From Candidatus Latescibacterota bacterium (lineage in GTDB: Bacteria > Latescibacterota > UBA2968 > GCA-2709665), in contig CBDDDZ010000002.1 in the NCBI GenBank assembly GCA_965226795.1, positions 621,897 through 685,896 of the forward strand: a DNA stretch of 64,000 nucleotides, read 5' to 3'. The notes beneath the pieces are model-generated. The model was not told the origin of the DNA. It ran no database searches and worked only from the letters and a program-made list of their open reading frames with translations. Made by a program: the position numbers and the translations under genes. Shown piece after piece: positions 20,039 through 29,126 of the stretch. Every line of letters starts with the position of its first letter. Position 1 is the first letter of the stretch.

Positions 20039-21142
20039 ATGGGCGATCCCGTGGTATTGCTCCGGGAAGGAGAGGTGAAATTCCATGTATTCCGGGGAAG
20101 CCTGGCCGAGGCAGGCCGGGCGCACGGTTCTCTCGACCCGGACTTTGTGCGCATGCGGCTCGACGAATGGCTGACGTGGCCTCACGATTTCGATCACCCG
20201 TATTTTCGAAAGAACATGGCGTTTATGCGGCGTGAGTTTCCCGACTTCATGGAACGGATGGAGGCCTATGGCGCGGCGGCCGGCATCGAGAATTTCGATC
20301 ACACCTACTATCTGCACATGGTCAACACAGGCCGCGAGGAAGAAGCGTGTTCCGCATTCGGAATCCTGCTTCAGGAGGACGGGCCCGCCCTGTTGAGGAC
20401 GTACGATCCTTCCGATTCCACCGGAAAGGACTACTTCCTGAAGGATCGCTTCGTGGCCGCGTTTCCCGATTGCAAACCGCACGGATACGTCGGTCAGGGC
20501 GGGCATCATTTCTGTGTGGTTCACACGTCCGTCAACGACGCGGGACTGCTGACGGGCTGGGCGTCGGGGGCGCCGAAATTCCACTGGCCCGACAATCCGG
20601 AACACGTCAACCTCTTTCAGTTAACGGGGCTTGTGCCCCAGCATTGCAAGGACTGCGAGGACGTCAGGCGGTTTCTCACGGAGTACCGGATTTCAGGCCT
20701 GAAAGGGCTTACCGGTACCGCTGTCGACGCCCGGGGGAATATCCTGGGTTTCGAACTGGAATCGGAAAATATTGCCTTCCGTGAACCACGCGACGGCATG
20801 GTGCTGGAGGTGAACCACTGGCAGCACCCGGATCTGCAGCGCCCCGCCCGCGAGAATCAACGCGATTATTGGGTAAGCCCCTATTTCTACAACTCCCAGA
20901 ATCGTGTACAATACGTGGAATACTACCGGGATACGTTTAAAGGGATGCGGACGCTCGAGGAGCTTGTCGATTTTTCGTTCGACGTGCACGCTCCGGGGCG
21001 GATCCTGCAGATGCCGGGGGCCAATATTGCGAACTGGCTTACCTCGCACGCGATCTTTTTGACTTCCAGGGACCGGAGGATGCGCGTGCACCCGTATCCG
21101 TTGGAGAAAGAAAGGTACACCGAGGTTGCGTACGCCGGCTGA
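20039..21142 (+). CDS. C45 family Ntn-hydrolase/acyltransferase
   Basis: EEACSAFG autoproteolysis site, VNDAGL, NHWQHP; GGAGG RBS. Confidence 0.7.
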   Translation: MGDPVVLLREGEVKFHVFRGSLAEAGRAHGSLDPDFVRMRLDEWLTWPHDFDHPYFRKNMAFMRREFPDFMERMEAYGAAAGIENFDHTYYLHMVNTGREEEACSAFGILLQEDGPALLRTYDPSDSTGKDYFLKDRFVAAFPDCKPHGYVGQGGHHFCVVHTSVNDAGLLTGWASGAPKFHWPDNPEHVNLFQLTGLVPQHCKDCEDVRRFLTEYRISGLKGLTGTAVDARGNILGFELESENIAFREPRDGMVLEVNHWQHPDLQRPARENQRDYWVSPYFYNSQNRVQYVEYYRDTFKGMRTLEELVDFSFDVHAPGRILQMPGANIANWLTSHAIFLTSRDRRMRVHPYPLEKERYTEVAYAG

Positions 21143-21239
21143 CCGTGGCCCAATTATCCGCCCACCGTGTGCGTTTCCGAGGCCGGGTCCCGGGGCGGCG
21201 CGTCCGGCGGATTGAAGGCTTCGAAAGGAGTGTTCCAGG

Positions 21240-23333
21240 ATGCGTGACATACGACGGCTGGCCCATTTGCATATCCCCGGGGATTGGGAACCGGAGGAGA
21301 TCGTGCCGGAAGTCAGAAAACTGGGCTTCACCGACCTTTACTTTTTCGTGAATAAGGTGGAGTCCGGCGTCGATATCGGGGGACTCCGTCTATCGACGGC
21401 GATGGAAGTCGGGAGGCTGGCCGAGAAAGAGGGGATGGGCGTGCTGGTGAACACGGGGTACATGAAATATCACGAGCAGGTCGTGCTGGCCCACCCGGAG
21501 CGGCGGATGGTCCTTCGGGACGACGGAACCGTGGACCGGAACGGGGAGACCCGTCCGGGGCAGGCGCCCACGCCGTTGACCTCGGTTGAAGGACGCATCA
21601 GGAATGTGAACTGGCTCTGTCCCTTCAACGAAGCCAATAAGCGGCAGTACAAGGACGAACTCCGACTGCTGGCGGGGATTCCGGCGCTCCGGTTCGTCTA
21701 CCTGAACGATGAGGGCTTTCTGGGCGCGTACGGCGAGATGGCCTGCTACTGTGAATCCTGCCGGGGGCGCTTTGTGGAATACTTTGGCGAGGAGCCGCCG
21801 ACCCGGATCGATTGGAAGGACCCGCTGTGGCGGAACTGGATCAAATGGCGCTTCGAGCAATGGACGGCGGTGCACGCGGATTTCCGGGAGGCGGTGCGGG
21901 CCGTGCGCCCCGAATTGGGTGTGGGAATGGCCACGGCGTGTACCGAGTTGATGGGGATCCGGCCGTGGGCATCCGCCGTGGATCTGGGGGCGATGAGCCG
22001 GGTCCTGGATTCGATGAACACGGGAATTTACCATGGCTCCACGCGCGGCACGCATCACTTCGCGCCCCGGTTTACGATCGTCCTGGACATGGCCTCGATC
22101 TTCATCGGGGCGCTTCAGGGAAAGCCGTTGCGACTCGCGGTACAGGCATTCTGCCCCGGCACGTCGCTGGAGATGACGCGCAAGGACGGCCAGTGGATCG
22201 GTATCCTGCCCTATGCGGTGGGCGCGGAGTATGTGAGTCCGTGGTGTTACGAGACGTTGAGGGCTTCGCCGGCGCAGTATGAGGGGTATATGGAGACGCT
22301 CCGGCTGGACCCCTATCTCAAGGAGACGGAGCCGGAATTCGCCTGCAGCCTGTTCCACTCCCTCCAGAGCGAGGTCTGGCGGTATCACGACGTGGACTAC
22401 GACGCAATGGCGATTCATCCGTTCGCGCAGATGCTGCGGGACGAGGGGCTGCCGTATGCGTTTGTGTGGGACAGCCGTCTGGATGAAACGGATCTGACTC
22501 GGAACGCGCCGCTTGTGATGCCCCACGTCTGCTGTCTTTCCGCGTCACAGAGAAGCCGGCTCACGTCATATATCGAGGACGGGGGAGCGATCCTGGCGAT
22601 CGCGGATCTGGGCCTTCTCGACGGGGAAGGACGGACCGTCGCGGAGGGGTTGTCGTCGCGCTGGGGGGTGGCGCTTTCCGGGGACAGGCTGGAGGGCCAG
22701 TATCGCCTCTCGTTCACGGACGCCTGCCCGTTGCGAGAAAATATCGAGGCTCCGGTGGTGGTGGAGAATCCGTATGAAGTCGGTCACGTCGAAGGGGAGG
22801 TCTGGGCGACGCTCGTGGACGCCCAGGGGCGCGACACGGGCGCGCCGGGCCTGGTCTCCAGCCGCGTGGGCGAGGGCAGGTTTGTCTACCTGGCGGGCGA
22901 TCCCGTGCTCCATCATCGCGAGCCCGGATATGAACCCCTGGTCAAGCTTCCAAACCATACGCGTCGCCTGGTCGGGAATGTGATCAGATTTCTGGCGTGC
23001 CGGCCGGCCGGGATCGAGGTGGAGGATTTTCCGCCGGTAACGGCGTATCAGCGCCTTCGGGCCTGGGACCGGCGGGGGATCAATACGTTTCAGTTTTTCC
23101 CCCAGGTCGGACCTCGTTACGCCATCGCGATTGTCGCGTCTTACGTCGGAGCAGAGGCAACCGTATCGATTCGATTCCGGATACCCGAGGGGAAGCGGCC
23201 TTTGCGAATCTTCAACGGTCTGACGGACGAATCCTGCATGGCGGACGCCTCGGTCGATTCGGAATCCATCCGATATCGTCTACGGATCACCCACGTCGAC
23301 GGCGTCGTCCCGGTGGTGGTGGAATGGGCGTGA
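21240..23333 (+). CDS. Glycoside-hydrolase-like TIM barrel with a beta-galactosidase trimerisation-like domain
   Basis: LCPFN, LNDE, CYCESCR..F, GEGRFVYL (GH42-like architecture). Confidence 0.65.
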   Translation: MRDIRRLAHLHIPGDWEPEEIVPEVRKLGFTDLYFFVNKVESGVDIGGLRLSTAMEVGRLAEKEGMGVLVNTGYMKYHEQVVLAHPERRMVLRDDGTVDRNGETRPGQAPTPLTSVEGRIRNVNWLCPFNEANKRQYKDELRLLAGIPALRFVYLNDEGFLGAYGEMACYCESCRGRFVEYFGEEPPTRIDWKDPLWRNWIKWRFEQWTAVHADFREAVRAVRPELGVGMATACTELMGIRPWASAVDLGAMSRVLDSMNTGIYHGSTRGTHHFAPRFTIVLDMASIFIGALQGKPLRLAVQAFCPGTSLEMTRKDGQWIGILPYAVGAEYVSPWCYETLRASPAQYEGYMETLRLDPYLKETEPEFACSLFHSLQSEVWRYHDVDYDAMAIHPFAQMLRDEGLPYAFVWDSRLDETDLTRNAPLVMPHVCCLSASQRSRLTSYIEDGGAILAIADLGLLDGEGRTVAEGLSSRWGVALSGDRLEGQYRLSFTDACPLRENIEAPVVVENPYEVGHVEGEVWATLVDAQGRDTGAPGLVSSRVGEGRFVYLAGDPVLHHREPGYEPLVKLPNHTRRLVGNVIRFLACRPAGIEVEDFPPVTAYQRLRAWDRRGINTFQFFPQVGPRYAIAIVASYVGAEATVSIRFRIPEGKRPLRIFNGLTDESCMADASVDSESIRYRLRITHVDGVVPVVVEWA

Positions 23334-23365
23334 TGCGTTAACGTAGTGAAGGGACCGGATCAGGG

Positions 23366-25330
23366 ATGAACCGTGAACGCAGTCTCCATGCGCCCGACGA
23401 GGATGCGCGGGACGGCCTGACCCCGCGAGCCTTTCTGATCGGCCTCGCCCTTTGCGGATTTCTGGGACTGGTGCTGCCGTACAACCGAATGGTGATCCAG
23501 GGACGGTGGCTGAACGCGTATTTCATCGACCGCGGCGCGCTCGTACTCCTGTTCTTTCTTGTCCTGTTCGCCAATCCACTGCTCGCCGCGCTGAGGAAAC
23601 GATTCGCCCTGAACCGGGGCGAACTGCTGGCCATTTACGTGATGTTCCTGTTTTTGTTGCCCGTCTCGCAAATGGTCAAACATCTGATCTCCTACCAGAC
23701 CGGCGTCACCTACTACGCGACTCCCGAGCGGCGCGACCTGGAGGCCGTGTTGCCCAATATCGTCCCCTGGACGGCCCCGCGGGACGCCGAGGTCGTGCGG
23801 GGTCTCTACGAGGGGCTGCCCGACGGGGTACCGCCGCCCTGGGAGGCGTGGTTCGTTCCTCTTGTCAGCTGGGGCGCGTTCCTGCTGGTGCTCCTGGGGG
23901 TGTTGATCTGTCTGGCAGTCATTGTGCGGAAACAGTGGGAGGACCACGAACGTTTCGCCTTTCCGATCATGCAGGTACCCCTGGAGATGAGCGAGACCGG
24001 AAATGGCAGGTTGGGACGGCTGTTCAGGAGCCGGTTGATGTGGGCGGGGTTCGCGATTCCGTTCGTGATCGGGTCGATCAACGCGCTGCACCACTACTTC
24101 CACACCGTCCCCCGGATCGGCCTGGTTCACGATATCTGGATCTTCAACGGTACGACGCCCTTACGCCTCAGGCTCCACTTCGCTATCCTGGGGTACTCCT
24201 ATTTCGTGAATACGGACGTGAGCCTGAGCATCTGGGTGTTCAACGTCATTTCCAAGATTGTCCGTGGCATACTGGCAGTCCTGGGAGCGGAACGCTACAA
24301 TGTATCGGGCGTGGTGGGGCGGTTCAGTTCTCAGGGACACGCGTCCCTGGCCCTGATGGGCATGGGGTACATGGTGATCCTGGCAGCGTACAGCCTGTGG
24401 GTGGGGCGCGAACACCTGCGCCAGGTCGCGGCGAAAGTACTGGGCAGGCCATCGGGGGCGGACGATTCGAACGAGGTCATGTCCTACCGGACCGCGGTGA
24501 TCGGAATTGGAGGCGGAACGCTGTATCTTGGGTGCTGGCTGTATCAGGCCGGGATGTCTCCACCGGTGATTCTAGTGTTGTTCGCCTCCTGTTTCGTGGT
24601 GTTCCTGGTGATGGCGCGAATCGTGAGCGAGACCGGATTTGTGACCGCATACTCGCCCATCAATCCCGCCGAGTTTGCCGTCTGTATGGTCGGGTCTTCT
24701 GCTTTCAGCCCGGCTGGCCTCGTGACGCTGGGGTTCGGCTATGCCTGGACGATGACGCGGACGAGCACGCTGATGCCCCGTGCGGCGGGCGCGCTCTGGC
24801 TTGCCCGCCGGATCCCCCGTAAGCGTGGCCTGGTCTGGGCAATGGGTCTGGCCCTGGCGGTGGGCCTGATCACCGCGAGCACGATGACGCTCAAACTCGG
24901 CTACGCCCATGGTGGGCTCAACCTGGACCGGCATTTTCTGGACTATGCTCGCCTCCCGTTCGATGCCTTTGTGGGCCGCCGCATGCTGGAGCCGAGTCCG
25001 ATCTTCACCCGAGGGTTTCTGTACCTGGGCATGGGGGGCGCCATTGCGGCGCTTATTGCGGCGATGCGAGCCCGGTTTGTGTGGTGGCCGCTGCATCCCA
25101 TTGCGCTTCCCGTCAGCACGATTGCGTATACGGATTACTTCTTTATCAATGTTCTTCTGGCCTGGGGTGTAAAGAGCCTGGTGTTGAAGTTCGGAGGCGC
25201 GAGGCTCTACCGGTCGACCCGGCCTTTCTTTATGGGGATCATCCTCGGGGAGGCCGTTTGCACGGGGCTGTGGATTGCCGTGGACTACTTTACGGGGACG
25301 GTCTCGAATATGTTCTTTCCCTATGCGTAA
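23366..25330 (+). CDS. DUF6785/DUF6784-type polytopic membrane protein (putative transporter)
   Basis: TPRAFLIG, ELLAIY, QWEDHERFAFPI, WWPLHPI, KFGGARLY..PFFMGIILG. Confidence 0.8.
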   Translation: MNRERSLHAPDEDARDGLTPRAFLIGLALCGFLGLVLPYNRMVIQGRWLNAYFIDRGALVLLFFLVLFANPLLAALRKRFALNRGELLAIYVMFLFLLPVSQMVKHLISYQTGVTYYATPERRDLEAVLPNIVPWTAPRDAEVVRGLYEGLPDGVPPPWEAWFVPLVSWGAFLLVLLGVLICLAVIVRKQWEDHERFAFPIMQVPLEMSETGNGRLGRLFRSRLMWAGFAIPFVIGSINALHHYFHTVPRIGLVHDIWIFNGTTPLRLRLHFAILGYSYFVNTDVSLSIWVFNVISKIVRGILAVLGAERYNVSGVVGRFSSQGHASLALMGMGYMVILAAYSLWVGREHLRQVAAKVLGRPSGADDSNEVMSYRTAVIGIGGGTLYLGCWLYQAGMSPPVILVLFASCFVVFLVMARIVSETGFVTAYSPINPAEFAVCMVGSSAFSPAGLVTLGFGYAWTMTRTSTLMPRAAGALWLARRIPRKRGLVWAMGLALAVGLITASTMTLKLGYAHGGLNLDRHFLDYARLPFDAFVGRRMLEPSPIFTRGFLYLGMGGAIAALIAAMRARFVWWPLHPIALPVSTIAYTDYFFINVLLAWGVKSLVLKFGGARLYRSTRPFFMGIILGEAVCTGLWIAVDYFTGTVSNMFFPYA

Positions 25331-25361
25331 GGCCGGGACCAATGACGATAAACATCCCCCT

Positions 25362-25917
25362 CCCCCTAACGTCCCCTATTTCCTTGCCCTTTTTCTTGCA
25401 TCGCCCAAGAAAAAGGGCGAAAAAGAAGGGCGCCGCTCAGACGCCGCGGGGCTGATTTTCCGCGAATCGCTTCAAAGGAACTAAAGTGTGGCGTTGCCCT
25501 GCGGCCATTGCGGTCGATGCCGTACCACGTTGCTGAACGGATTAGCGCGGAAAATCCTCCACAACACCACCGGCCGTGCATGAGGTGGGGGAGACCTAAC
25601 CTCTAAACTCTTCCCAGGGGGAGGGGGAGAGGTCCGAGGACGGCTGATCGCTCCTCGTTCGCCGAATACCAATGTAAATACACTCGAATTGCCTCTCGAG
25701 AGGAATACCAGAGCAGAGCGCGCTATTCCGTTCAGCAGCCAACTGCGGTATCCAACTTCCCTTGTAGGGCAGAAGCTTCAGTGCGTCCACAGTCGAGATT
25801 CGCGCTGTGCATATAGCAGGCCCCGCGCCCAGCGGCGACTTTTGGTTCCTTTTGGTCGCTTCAAAAGGAACCCGCCGGAGGCAGGGAATTTAGGGAGATG
25901 TGGATTTTTGGTTTTCG
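25362..25917 (+). mobile_element. Structured non-coding inverted-doublet element, locus A (left module ~25362-25565, right module ~25707-25917)
   Basis: Ends are near-identical to 51650-51854 and homologous to 45903-46747 in reverse; covarying stems; no credible ORF. Confidence 0.8.
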
Positions 25918-26011
25918 GCTTTTGTTTCAAGCTGACTGCCGCGAACAATAACCCCCATTGCCACCACCGGGCGCTTGCTCCAGCGACCGGATCACGAAAC
26001 GGAGGGCAGAA

Positions 26012-26782
26012 ATGAACGCGGACAGAACCTCGGAATCGGGTACGGTCCGAGAAAGCGGTATCGAACTGAATCAGACCTGGGATATGGGACGGCTGGTCGA
26101 TCTGACGTGCGATTACTTCAACGGGATGCCCGTGGATATGACGGGAACGCTGCCGTCGTTCCGGATGCGGGAACTGGACGAAGAAATGGAGGCCCTGTGC
26201 AGGGGCCGTGAGTACCGCAGTTACACCCAGGAAGTCCGGATGTGCGTTCAGGCCGGCAACTATCTGGAGACGGGGGCGCATCTCTATCCGGAATTGGAGT
26301 CGGTTGCCGATATCGGCCTGGAACGGCTGTTTGTTTCAGCGGTGGTGATGCAACTTCCCAGAGGGAAAGATGAAAAGGTAACCGCCGCCGACCTGGATCG
26401 CGCACTGGCGAGTCTTGGAGAGACGATCCATCCGGGGGATGCGATCCTGGTCGCCACGGGTTACAATCGGCTTGGCAGCAACGACATTGGCTGCGACCTA
26501 ACGCCTCATTTCAGCTACGACGCGATTGACTGGGCGGTGACTCGAAGGCCTTCGATTCTGGCGTCGGACATGGCCAGTTGGCACGACGGAGAGGAAGAAC
26601 CGAGTTTCTGGCCCATGCTCATGAGGTCCGGCGTACTGGTGATCGGGTCGCTGTTGAACGTGGCGGATATTACCGCAACCCGCATCCAATTGATCGCCCT
26701 GCCGATGAAGATCCGCGGGGCTTGCGCGTCTCCGTGCCGGCTGATCGCCGTCCTACCGTCTCGCGGCGCAGACACAGACTGA
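26012..26782 (+). CDS. Cyclase (kynurenine formamidase-like) family protein
   Basis: LVDLT, GDAILVATG, LIALPMKIRGACASPCRLIA; the canonical HxGTHxD is replaced by QAGNYLE. Confidence 0.75.
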   Translation: MNADRTSESGTVRESGIELNQTWDMGRLVDLTCDYFNGMPVDMTGTLPSFRMRELDEEMEALCRGREYRSYTQEVRMCVQAGNYLETGAHLYPELESVADIGLERLFVSAVVMQLPRGKDEKVTAADLDRALASLGETIHPGDAILVATGYNRLGSNDIGCDLTPHFSYDAIDWAVTRRPSILASDMASWHDGEEEPSFWPMLMRSGVLVIGSLLNVADITATRIQLIALPMKIRGACASPCRLIAVLPSRGADTD

Positions 26783-26844
26783 AAACGCCGCACCGCGGTG
26801 AAAGCCGCAACGGCAAACTGACGTCCAGAATTGAGGGTATTACA

Positions 26845-27975
26845 ATGAAGATTGAACGAATTTCTACCCATCGGCTCCGGGAATGCGAAATCAGTATGGA
26901 GAAGTGGACGCATTTCACGAAATGGAAGGCCAGCGAGGACTGGATTGAGGACGAAGTCTTCGGCAAGAAGTGGATTTCTCCCACCTGCGTGTGCTACAAT
27001 CCGACCGACGGCCTGGTCTACGTGGGGCTGACCGCGCTCGACAGGGACATTTTTTACACATTCGACCCCGCGACGCATACGTGGGAATCGCTGAATTATC
27101 CCGGTGAACGGGACCGGTACGGCAGCAAGATCCACCAGGGCCTGGAGGTGGATGATGAGGGCCGCGTGTACGCGGGTGTCGCCACGCTGGGCGACGCGGA
27201 TATCTGGCCCAAGGCCACTGGCGGCCCGATCTTTCGTTACGATCCCGGGACCAGGGAGTACGAGTTTCTGTGCATCCCGATCGAGCACGACTACGTTCAG
27301 GGATTCGTGATGGACCGCCGGCGCGGCATTATCTACGGGGATACATTTCCCGGAAGAAAGATGTTCCGATACGATATCGGAAGCGGTGCCGCGCGGGAGT
27401 TGACCATGCTGGGTGACGTTTCCACCGAGCATCTGGCGCTGGATGCGGACGGCGGCGCCTGGCATACGTACGAACTGATGCAGTGGGCGGGACGGTATCC
27501 GCTCCTGCGCTACGACCCGGACCGGGATGAGATCGACTTTACGAACGTGGACCTTCCCGACGTCGGGCCTGGAAAACCGGGTTCCAACCAGATGGATACC
27601 GCGCTGCTGACGGAAGATGGGACGCTGTACATTGGCACGACCGCCGGGGCGCTGGTGCGGTTGGACCACAGGGGTCCGGGGGTGAGGGTGACGTATCTGG
27701 GAAAACCCTATGTCGCGCCGCGCATGAAGGGATTGATCGAGGGTCCCGACGGACTGATCTACGGAGTCAGCGGGGGCGACTACGATACGCACTTTTTCAC
27801 GTACGACCGCGGGACGGGTCTCTTCAACGACCTGGGGCCGATCCGGGATACGCAGGACGGGACGCGGTGCTGGCTGGCGCACCATATGTGTATGGTGGAC
27901 GCCAGAACATTCATCGTGGCCGAATCGGATAACCATTCAAGGGCGAGTTTCCTGTTCAAAGTGGAGTTGGCTTAG
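26845..27975 (+). CDS. Beta-propeller protein of unknown function
   Basis: Repeated DG.(V/I)Y.G and F(R/T)YDP motifs. Confidence 0.7.
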   Translation: MKIERISTHRLRECEISMEKWTHFTKWKASEDWIEDEVFGKKWISPTCVCYNPTDGLVYVGLTALDRDIFYTFDPATHTWESLNYPGERDRYGSKIHQGLEVDDEGRVYAGVATLGDADIWPKATGGPIFRYDPGTREYEFLCIPIEHDYVQGFVMDRRRGIIYGDTFPGRKMFRYDIGSGAARELTMLGDVSTEHLALDADGGAWHTYELMQWAGRYPLLRYDPDRDEIDFTNVDLPDVGPGKPGSNQMDTALLTEDGTLYIGTTAGALVRLDHRGPGVRVTYLGKPYVAPRMKGLIEGPDGLIYGVSGGDYDTHFFTYDRGTGLFNDLGPIRDTQDGTRCWLAHHMCMVDARTFIVAESDNHSRASFLFKVELA

Positions 27976-28050
27976 CCGCTGAATAGAACGAAACGCCTAC
28001 CAGTGCCTGGATCGATTTCAGCGCGTATTGACCCGGATAGAGGGAATCGG

Positions 28051-28320
28051 ATGGCCCTGATTGCGATCGGTGGATTCCCGGGCGCCGGGAAGACGACGAT
28101 ATGCGGGAGACTTTCGCTAGAGTTCAATCTACCCTGCCTGAGTTCCGATATCATCGGTCGCGCGATTGAGAGGTCGCCTGGAATCAAGGCCAGCCGAATT
28201 GACGCGTGCCGGGTTGCGTACGACGTCCTTTTTTGCCTGTGCGAAGAGTTCATCCAGTCCTCTGCGAGCGTGATTCTCGACCTGACCCTGGGATGGGATT
28301 TCCAATGGCGGAAAGTTGAT
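28051..28320 (+). pseudogene. Truncated AAA_33/P-loop kinase fragment
   Basis: GGFPGAGKTT Walker A, SSDII, SVILD; similarity stops where antisense rimK sequence begins. Confidence 0.7.
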
Positions 28321-28630
28321 CTTGGCGCCCCGAAAAGCCTCGAATACGTTCTTTGCCGACGACATGGTATTACTGAGAATGACGCCAATTCCCTGAGTGC
28401 CTTCCAGCAGTTTAATCACGACCGGAGGACCATTCACCATCTTGATCATTTCCTCCGCCTGTCTCGCTGAATTTGCGAATCCCGTAACGGGCAAGCCGAT
28501 CCCCTCACGAGAAAGGAGCTGCAGACATCGAAGTTTGTCCCTGGCCCGTCCGATGGCCACGGACTCGTTGAGGGGCCATACCCCCATCATTTCGAATTGG
28601 CGCAACACCGCAAGTCCATAAAAGGTAATC
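28313..28630 (-). pseudogene. rimK: Internal fragment of a RimK-type ATP-grasp ligase
   Basis: [50 protein letters not shown]; both termini missing. Confidence 0.88.
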
Positions 28631-28985
28631 GACCGGCCACGTGTCGGCGCCGATGGTCAAGTCTGTCGAGATAACGAACCGTCGTTCGCGTGAGCCGCCT
28701 GAATTGGTCACCCACCGACGGTCCGTAATCGGTGCCGCACAGCAGACAGCTTTTTTGTTGTTGCGCTGCACGGGATAGACGCGAAACCTGACCCAGGATT
28801 GTCCACGATCTTCGTACGTCTCGATGTCCCAGGCGTGGAGCAACCGACGTCTTTGCGCCGGTATCGAGCTTCGCCCTAATGGAAACAATCCCGAGCGAGG
28901 GAAGGGACGCCCACTCGCGCCATCCACAAATCCGCTGATCCGTGCCGCCCGAAATTCGCGTTCCGTTTTGTTTTTTTCGAACCAT
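28631..28985 (-). pseudogene. RimK-associated putative protease (Zn_protease/retropepsin-like) remnant
   Basis: [19 protein letters not shown], frameshift near 28845, then [15 protein letters not shown]; truncated by fusion to the rimK fragment. Confidence 0.82.
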
Positions 28986-29126
28986 TGTCTGATCTAACTG
29001 TTCGTGGGTCCCGTGATTACGTTCGCCAATCCCAGCCTGCGCATCGGGTCGGCATCGGATTCTCGCCTGCCATCTGGAAAACACCCAAACGTCACGAACC
29101 GGGCGCCGTACCCTTCCGGCCGGAGA

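Noticed and set aside
25342..26015. Short ORFs recurring at the three element loci (e.g. QRRLLVPFGRFKRNPPEAGNLGRCG)
   Set aside because: They are translations of the repeat itself; starts, frames and lengths differ between copies, and the changes preserve base pairing rather than codons.
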